From Kondoa subrosea (Eukaryota): a DNA stretch of 64,000 nt. Both the position numbers and the translations under genes were made by a program. The DNA lies in NCBI GenBank assembly GCA_039545335.1, contig BCIN01000008.1:445528-509527 (forward strand). Direction: 5' to 3'. The notes below the pieces were generated by a model, which was not told where the DNA came from, ran no database searches, and saw nothing but the letters and a program-made list of their open reading frames with translations. Below are positions 55,601 through 64,000 of this stretch, in pieces; positions within the stretch are counted from its first letter, which is position 1; each line of letters begins with the position of its first letter.

Positions 55601-56063
55601 GCTACACTACCTTTGCCTACTCAGATATCAAGGCGACTAAGGGCAATGCTTCACTTTCTCAAGGCGAATTAGCTCCGGGCGGATATGTCAATCTGTTTGA
55701 AGAAGCCTTTTCTGTGGAAGTACTTGTCAAGAACACTGGTCGATTAGATGGTCATGCAACTCCTCAACTCTATATTCAGCAACCTGAAAGTGCCAAACAA
55801 CCGCCCAAAGTTATGCGTGGTTTTGAGAAGGTTATGCTGAAAGCTGGTGAATCTGCTACAATTAAATTCGCTCTCCGCTTAAAGGCAAGTTTGAATCTTC
55901 CGATCGTGTATTTCGTCCGCTAATGCTGATTGTCTTGGTATAACAGGATATCTCAACATGGGATACTCCTTCTGCTGGCTGGAAGATTGCTGAAGGAAAG
56001 ATTGTCGCTTACGTCGGTGAAAGCTCTTCTGATCTAAGAGCCAATGTTACATTGATCTCATAA
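52674..56063 (+). CDS. Secreted glycoside hydrolase family 3 beta-glucosidase
   Basis: Signal peptide, then spliced [35 protein letters not shown] (nucleophile Asp), [26 protein letters not shown] and an Fn3-like C-terminus. Confidence 0.92.
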
Positions 56064-56379
56064 GATAAGCATCAAGTGTAGGTAGGCTTAGTAAGCAAGT
56101 TCAAGGGAAATGTAAAATAGCTTGAGAGGTCTTATATTGCAGATATCTTAGGTAGAGCATAGACTGACCAGACCCAGAAGGAGCAGGAAGGAACCTGAAG
56201 GAATTTAAGCAGACATCTTGCAAATCGCATTTTTGCTTAATATCGTTTGTCATCAGCCAGCGACGACTATTCTTTCCAATTTCGAGCCTTCAGCAGCACA
56301 ACAGAGCGCTGTATAAAATTTCTACCTATTCAACTATGACTCAATAGCTACAGCTGTCCTGTCCAAGCAATTAGTAATC

Positions 56380-58091
56380 ATGCTACTCAAAACCCTGGGA
56401 TCCGAGTTAGGCTTCGTGGAGATCTGGTCAGCAGCTCCCCATGCAAGAAAGGACATTTTGATTCTCTACTTCATGTATGGCTGCATTGCGAATGCTTCCC
56501 CATTGAGCTCATGCACGGGTCCAGTCGAATGGTCAGACTCTTTGGATTCGGTCTATCCAACTCAATTCTGGTCTTACACGCTCGTTACAATCTTGGTTGG
56601 AACGATGTCTATATTGGCAGCTTTATCTCCGTAACTTTGCTCGGGAATGCGCTCATGGCTTGTATATGGCTTCTCTGAACCTTTGGCACAGCTGATTTAG
56701 CTGCTCTAGTGCTGGTCACACGATCTTTGCCATATGTTGGTCAAAGAAGAATGACTTCTATTGGTCCCTTCCTATCCATTATCTCTGGATTGATCTTCTA
56801 CTATTCAAGCAATGCTCCATTGCTACTTCTGGCTTCCGTACTAGGAGTAATTTCACCTGTCGCAAACGAAGTTAGTCCATGGCAGGCCGTCGACATAGCA
56901 GTCTTGTCTCAGCTGGTGCATGCTGAAGCGCGCACCCATATATTCGTCAGTTCCCCTTCGCAATCAATCATTTTACTAGACTCAGGGTCATGGTAGACGA
57001 GCTATCTCTTCGTTGGAGCTCTATCGTCATCCATAGGCGGTGTGACAACAGGCGCCGTCATTCATCACTTCACTCCGTCAGTCGGCGCATCAGAGGCTTA
57101 TCGTAGAGTCTTTCTAGTATTCTCAGTGAGTCGTGAACAATGGTAGCTCGAGAGTGACTAATTATGTTTTAGCTCGCTGGCACTCTGTCCTGTCTCGCAT
57201 CCCTCTTCATCTCACCTAAGGCTAATCTCCCTACGCAAACTCCCTCTCCTGTCTCAGACGAACGAACGCCTCTGATACCAGATCAACCGCAAGATCTACC
57301 TAAAGTCGTGCCCCCGAGCGAAGAGAATTCAATTACACCTCGCTTCGGTGCTTCGATTGCACTCGTCTTGTGCATAGTATCTGGTTTCGATACCTTTGCC
57401 TCAGGTAAGTTTACATGCACTATTGGCTGTGTCAAACTCTTTAACACGCTTTTTGAAGCTATTGCATCTCCTTCATACATCAGTTATGACTTGAATGAGC
57501 GATTTCATCCTCCTATTCAAACAATTACAGTACGTGTAGACTCTGTGCGAGGGCGAAGGAAAGTTCATTCTTGTTTACTACAGTCTACTTTAGGCGCATG
57601 CGGTCTGTTAGCTGGCATCAGCTTCGCCATGGCTGGTCCCCTTTCGAGACGTCTAGGCATTCTGACAACAATGTTCGCCTCGCACATTATTGCCCAAATC
57701 TTTCTCATCTCTTACGGTCTGGCAACGAATATGCGATTGTCAATAACACTCATTCTCTTTCGAGCTTCTTTCGCTGTATTGGAAATGGTTCCGCGTACAG
57801 CATTCTTCACTTCCATCATTAAAGCAGAAGATCGGGCTAGAGTGTTTGGCTACGTACGTCTTTATTCTTTACTTTGAGTGCATGCGCGATTCTTATCGAC
57901 GTTTTGGTTAGATTAATCTGGCCAGAACACTCACTGCAGCAGCTGGACCGTTCGTCGATGGTTTCTTGGCAGCAAGAGGATTGATCTGGGCTGCATTTGT
58001 GACTAGTGGCATATTGAAACTGATAGCTTACGATGGAGGTCTAGGACTGTTCTTTGCTTTCAGAGGAAAGCGGAAAATAGAAAGTATATAG
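56380..58091 (+). CDS. Major facilitator superfamily transporter
   Basis: RMVRLFGFG, GVISPVANEVSPWQAVD, LSRRLGILTTMFASH and PRTAFFTSII..EDRARVFG, with many TM helices. Confidence 0.78.
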
Positions 58092-58231
58092 ACATATAGA
58101 CATGTGCAAAAAGAGTGTAACTATGGAACAGAAATGCCAATTGAATTTTGCCAACGACGAATGCTCTAGTGCTATGATACAAGAGTAAATGATCGGCCTA
58201 GTATGTGTATTTACAAGATATATTGTCCTTC

Positions 58232-60668
58232 TCAAATTACGTTTGTTGGCTGAGACCAACTCTTGGACAGAGCTGGGTTCGGTCTGATATATTGATAACC
58301 TGTCGAATGACGATATGCTTGATTGACAGTCTGAGTAGACTGAGCTCGAGGAATTGGTTGGGTGTATGATGGATATATTGGAACTCCATATGGCTGATAT
58401 TGCTGTTGCATGAAAGGAAAGGGTGTCATATTGTATTGCGATGCTTGTAATGGTAGAACGACTTCGGTATAAAATGATTGAATAGGCATGGCACTGTGCC
58501 TGCGATTGTCGCCATCTGATCGTCTTTTCGTAGCATCGTTTGTGCGGCTGTTTTCTTTAGCTTTGGTTTCAGCTAAGTTGAGCGTCGACCAAGAAGCAGG
58601 AGATGAGGACAGAAGCTGGGATCGTCTCTTATCCCGTATGTCTGCCGGCGACTGTAGACCCGAATTTGGCTGTTGCTGATACAGAGTAGATTGTCTCTTA
58701 TTCAGCGAATCGCGTGATGTAGATGATGGAAGACTGGACATTCTCTTCCTGTTTGCTGAATCGGCCAATATCTTCTCGTATTCGCGCTTGCTCGCTTCAT
58801 CGGACCATTGACTCGATGCACCGCTAGAACTTCTTGGCATGCTCTGAGATCGCTGATTGGGCGGTGCAGCAGTTGGAGAAGGATAAGAGATAGGTTTCGG
58901 GCCTTGAGCGATCGAATTTGGCCTAAGCAGCTTCGGCTTGACGGGCGACTTTGATCCCTTCGAATCACGAAAAAGAGCCAGAGGCATCTCATCCTCCTCC
59001 TCTTCTTTAGCAACCGAATTGGTGGTTGCAGAAGCAGGTGTCGAAGCTGCTCTTTTGGGAAGAACGGGTTTTCGAGCAAAAGGAAGGTTGACGGGAGAAG
59101 TTTCTTGTGGAGAGCTAACAATCTGCTGAGCTCGAGAAAGACGTTTTGAACTTCTCTTCTCTTGTGCTCTTCTCGCTTGTGCTGCTTGTTCTCGATGCAA
59201 AGCCATTTGAGATTCGATAACATGGGTAAACTTGAATGGTTCTGCTTCACGAGCGATGATTCGCATGGGTTGAACATTTGTAGGAAGGTATTCCATCATA
59301 CGCTGAGCGAACTGAGGTCTGTCGATCCACACTAGAAGAGGGCTGGTTTTTAATTCTGCTATAGATTTGCCTTGAAGACCCGTCGATACAATTGCTTCTT
59401 CAGCTGTAGAGACTGGGCCATCAAAAGTGAGTAGAGGTTTCGTTATGGGAGAAGTGATTGATACAGCTGATGGACGACTATTGCGAGGAATGAAGCCAGA
59501 AATTTCTCTTTGCTGTTCTTTCGATAATGACATGCCAGGCGCGAACGGCGATCCGAGCTTTTTCAAAAGAGCTTGACGCTGCAAGGAGATGCTTAACTGC
59601 CTAGGTGATTTTGCGTTGACCATCTTGGCTGTGGACGAAGGCATCGTGGTGATCGCAGGTAGGGTAGCTGCTTCTCTTATCTTGGTGCAGGTGTGATTGT
59701 AAAGTGCTCTTGAGCCGAGCAAGCTGTACATTTTGGTCAGTCATTGTGCTGCTTTGGGAGAGACAATAACTTACGGAGAAGGAGGTGAAGAGGAGGCGAT
59801 TGATGCCGACGAAGTTGACATTCGCTTATTCATGTTTGACTTGGGATTGACCACGTCAGGAGGCGTCGCAGGTATTTGTAGAACAGGCAGAACAGGTCTC
59901 GGTTTCAGAACTCGTTCTGTATCGTGACAATCAGCTTTGTTACCCACTCGACAGTCATCAAAGATGGAACTCACTTTTGAATTGATTCCCATCAGCTTCA
60001 TCTTCATCCTCTTCCGAATCATCTGAAATTTCCCAAACACTCTTGCCCCTTTTCTCCAGTCTCCCACCGACCGTGGCACTCCTTCCAATCTCTGGCCTGC
60101 TGATAATCGGCGTACTGTTGATAGGCAGAGCAGGCTTCAAGCCCATTTCGGCGGCCGCTGTCATGTCGCTCATCCAAGAAGATTCGTTTGGTTCCAAAGT
60201 GATTTGCGGTAGCAATTCAAGTGATAGAGCTGGTGGAGAAGTTATGGGTGATGAGGTAGATGATGATGATGCAGAAGAGGAAGAAGAAGCGCTTGAGGTT
60301 GAAGGTGAAAGCTCGGGCACATTGAGTCCGCTCAAAGGTGGACTTAGAGGTGTGAGCGTTGTAGCTTTTCTGCCAAAGAGCGATAGGCTCCTACTATTGT
60401 ATCTCTGTCTTGGTTTCGAAACTGGTTTTGGGTCGATTTCGGACTCCGTTTGCTGCGATGCAAAGACAGGCGGCGAGGCATCGACGATTTTAGATATTTT
60501 GGAGCTGGATAACATACGTTTCAATCGACCTGGTGCTCTGTTAGGAGGAGATAGATGATTTGACTGCTCCTGAACGGCTTCATCTTGCGATTTTGGAAAG
60601 GGTTTCTTTTTGAGCGAAGTCCAGGACAAGCGTCTGCCGTTGTTTGACGGCACAGTAAGGCCAGACAT
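58232..60668 (-). CDS. Hypothetical Ser/Pro-rich low-complexity protein
   Basis: Long consecutive minus-strand ORFs (236, 105 and 499 aa) separated by intron-like gaps; no recognisable domain. Confidence 0.6.
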
Positions 60669-62250
60669 GGTATCCTTATCAAATGCTAGGCATGCAAAGG
60701 GGTATACTGAAGGGGGTATCGTGTTTTCAAGACAAGGGGTAAAAACAGTGCTGTGATAATAATGAAATTGACTACGTGCCTGGGGAGAAATGCCGACTAG
60801 AGCAGCTTGGCGAGATCTTGTCTCCTAAGACCAGCACAACACAGAATAGTAGGGCGACAGGCAAAGAAAGAATCCAAGCCAACAAATTTGCGAGATTCTA
60901 AGAAGGCGCGTGCAAAAGGCGATTTGGTAATCATAAGAGTATCGTTCTGGTACAATATGGAGCGACAAGAGCTTTGCAGCGCTAAGTCTGCGAACACACA
61001 TCGATATCTCAAGAAAACCTTACTAATACTTCAAGTTGAAGCTTTAATGAAATCGAGATCTGCAACGGGATCTGCAAATCGTTTGTCGCTTCAGCGCAAA
61101 CGGTTTTCTGAGAGTCTGAGACAGACTGGCCGGTCGTCGGATATCGGTGTCGGCGCATCTTGGAGTAACTCATTCGATGTAGCTCAGATTGCATTTATAG
61201 AACACTTTTGATCCGTTCTGATAGACCTAAGTACTCTGCTATGCTGTCTGCAACCAGTTGACTTAGAATCAGATCAGCTCAAGTTCGAAGTATTGTATAA
61301 GCTAGATCACTCACTGATCTTGCAGCTCTGACAATCCACTGACGATGATTGTACCAATTGGACCAGTATTGACTCCCTTGATAGTGATTGGAAAGGCTCC
61401 TCCTGCCGCAGCATACTCTGGAGGATTGCACATGCCATTGCCAAAGACTTTGCCTCGCTGAGAAACAGTATCAGCTGAGTATGATTGGTTTCGCGAAGAA
61501 CGGGACGTACCTTCGTGCAGTTCTTGTGATACCGGAGACTACTCATACCGAATCTTCGAGTTACATTTTCTTTCGCTTGAATCCATTCATGATTGTCGGC
61601 ATTTGTCAAGCAAGGTTTATGTAACCCAACAGCAGATAAGAAGAGGACATGCTAAGCGTATAAATTAGAGTAAGAAAAGAAGCAAAGAGGCAGTGGAGCG
61701 AGAGATAAACGTGCACCATTGAAAAGCTTGATTTGAATCACACAGTCTCGGTCCGCATTCATAGACTTGTCCGCGAGGAAGCGTTTGCGAATGATATTGC
61801 CTAGCTCCCAACTAGAGGAAAGCAAGACAACAAGGGTATCAGAAGCAAATCCGAGCAAAACATTGGAACGGACGCTGTGTCATTTGAGAAGCTCGCAAAG
61901 ACAAGCAGTCGCTCTTGTTCTTCGCACGCTGAGACTAATTCAGCTATATCGAGCGGCATCGTCGTCGCGAAAACAAGCGTCAATTCCAAAGACATCGCCA
62001 CTCACGACTCAAATAGAATAGCGAAGGTATCCTTTATTATATGCTCCCAGGTTAGTTGAACATCACTCTCGCCTACAAGGTCGCCTAAGCTGCTTTATTA
62101 GCTAAATTGATTTGACCCACGGTTAGGACTTCGGATTAAGGACTGTAGCTATTCCTATTCCGTTTATGTCCTTCTTACGCTCTCTTCTTGTTCTGCTTCT
62201 TTTCTCTCAACAGCATTGTCCTTCTTCTTCCTCTCTATTAAGTTTTGAAA

Positions 62251-62987
62251 ATGCCACGGAACAAACAGAATATGACTCCGCGAGAAAGAGAGCAAGAAGA
62301 AGCAATCTATGAAGAGCGCAAGGAAAAATATATCAAGAATCGAAAAGAGTTCGAGTGGCTTCAAGCTGAAGCTGATGCTTTGAAGCTCAGAGGACTCATT
62401 GTTAGTGATTCGTGCCACCATAAGAGCAAGATCAACCGCTGAACTACAGTTCCTTTCTTTAGAACGAGGAAGAACGGAAAGAATGGGACCTCATTTGGGA
62501 AGACTTGGATAAAAGATGCGAATGGTTGGACTGGTTCAAGGAAACATATCCCAAAAGTTCGGCCATTGAGTGGTTCAGCAAAGAGGAATGTGACAAAAGG
62601 AGGAATGATCGAGCAAAAGCAGCATTGCAGAGATTTGACCGAAAAAAAGCCAAAGCTCAAGAGGAACGACTTGGAGCTCGTCAGAGCGCTCCCGCTCAGC
62701 CTCATGACGACCAGTTCTCTCGTTTGGGGGCTCGGCTCAATCGTCCAACCCACGAATCACCTCCAGCAATGAACGGCGTTCCATTTGGACAAGCATCTTA
62801 TCCGGGGTTTCCCGTACAAGCTGCACCTTATACACCTTATCCACCTCATCAGAGCTTTTACGTGCCAGCGTCTTACGCGGGCCCTTCCGTACAAGCGCCT
62901 CATCCGAGCTATCCTCCGGGCTATCACGGACAAGCATCTCCTCAGGGCTACTACGGCCCCTACAATAGCTACGGAGGCCGAATGTGA
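62251..62987 (+). CDS. Hypothetical protein, charged N-terminus and Pro/Tyr/Gly-rich tail
   Basis: Two ORFs joined by a GT-AG intron at ~62401-62462. Confidence 0.55.
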
Positions 62988-63037
62988 TGAGGCTTGTCCC
63001 ATCGGGATACTAGCAATTGTAACTCACAGCCGTCCAA

Positions 63038-64000
63038 TCATGCATCGGCGATTCTTCTTTTCTGCTTCCTGACCGCTTCACGATGCCTGTGTATTCGCAG
63101 CATCAGCTCTCATCCATAGAGCTTGAGTTGCATCTCACCTTTTTCTGATCTGTTCGGTCAGTCTTCCCCGCCTTTCTATATGTCTCTCCTCCCGTTCTTG
63201 AGCACTACCTAGAGGTCTGAAGCGTTTTCCGCTCCCTGAGGTCCAGCTCCTAGCTTCCAATCTTGCTCTCTGCTCATCATCTAATGTTAGGCCCAACCGT
63301 TCTTCGTCTTCAGGTAGGAACAAAGGGAAAAAGAGCTGTTCATCTTGACCAAACATTGTCCCACGAGCGGAATCTTTCTGACTTGGTTGAACGATGTTTG
63401 CAGGTCGAGAAGGCCGAGCAGGCGCAACATAAGAAGGTTGTTCTTGTATTTCACCTGTAAAGGGATCTGTATCGAGATCAAATGGAGCCAAGGCATCGAA
63501 CAACGAGAAGCCCTCTGGTTGAATATTATCAGCGTATATATAAGCTGAAGTAGCAAAGATGATACCTTCAGCTTCTTGCGGCTTGAACATATCCTTCAAT
63601 TTGGTCATCTTGGTATCCGCTTGCGCTTCATCCATTTCAGTATCTTCTCCTGCTATCTCTTCTTCTAGTTCTTGCGCCTCTTCGATAAGCTCTGGCTCAT
63701 CAGTCTTTTCATCCTCTTCTTCAGCTGGAATGTAACGCTCAACAGCTTTCCAAGCAGTACTCTCCTGTTGCGAAATAGCAGAAGGTAAGATGATTTTCCT
63801 CTTCTTCGTTGGTACAGGTTGTTCTTCTTCTGCCATGGCAATATTCGGTTCTTTAGACTGGTTTTCAGCAACAGGTTCAACGATTTTGACTTTCTTTTCC
63901 TTTTTCTTCTTCTTTTGCGGCGGAGTCTCTTCGATGATAGTATCTGCACTGATTTGAGGTCTAGTTTCAGGCATAGGAAGAGCATCGACTTCTTCAGGCT
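63038..64000 (-). CDS. NOL8/Nop8-like nucleolar protein, 3' part (5' outside window)
   Basis: Acidic and lysine-rich region, LKDMFKP, GFSLF, and C-terminal RRGRLTEQIRKR|HREAVRKQKRR resembling the NOL8 C-terminal motif. Confidence 0.55.

Noticed and set aside
60797..62059. Possible small minus-strand gene
   Set aside because: Fragmentary ORFs with some splice-like signals, but no convincing protein could be assembled.

Overview
Gene-dense, very intron-rich eukaryotic DNA with ~50-nt GT-AG introns, CTGAC/CTAAC-type branch points, microexons and two GC-AG introns. It is most consistent with a basidiomycete (probably Pucciniomycotina-type) yeast; the taxon is an inference. About 25 protein genes are supportable, including EXO1, a Clr2-family silencing protein with an N-terminal bromodomain-like region, PET117, a HUA1-like gene, ATP4, a PDR/ABCG transporter, an amino-acid permease, dynactin p62, a REG1-like gene, ATP1, RAD54, a GH3 beta-glucosidase, an MFS transporter and a NOL8-like gene. 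The most striking structure is a ~2.5-kb inverted segmental repeat (7947-10443 vs 33401-35928) bracketing a ~23-kb segment. Each arm carries a secreted Rds1/ferritin-like gene followed by a MYND-family gene, which is intact on the left and a pseudogene on the right. The arms are a mosaic of perfectly identical and diverged blocks, and the window's only N bases lie at exactly mirrored positions. This suggests gene conversion and possibly an invertible segment, or else an assembly ambiguity. No tRNA, rRNA, CRISPR array or transposase was recognised. Gene coordinates span introns and were spliced by eye.
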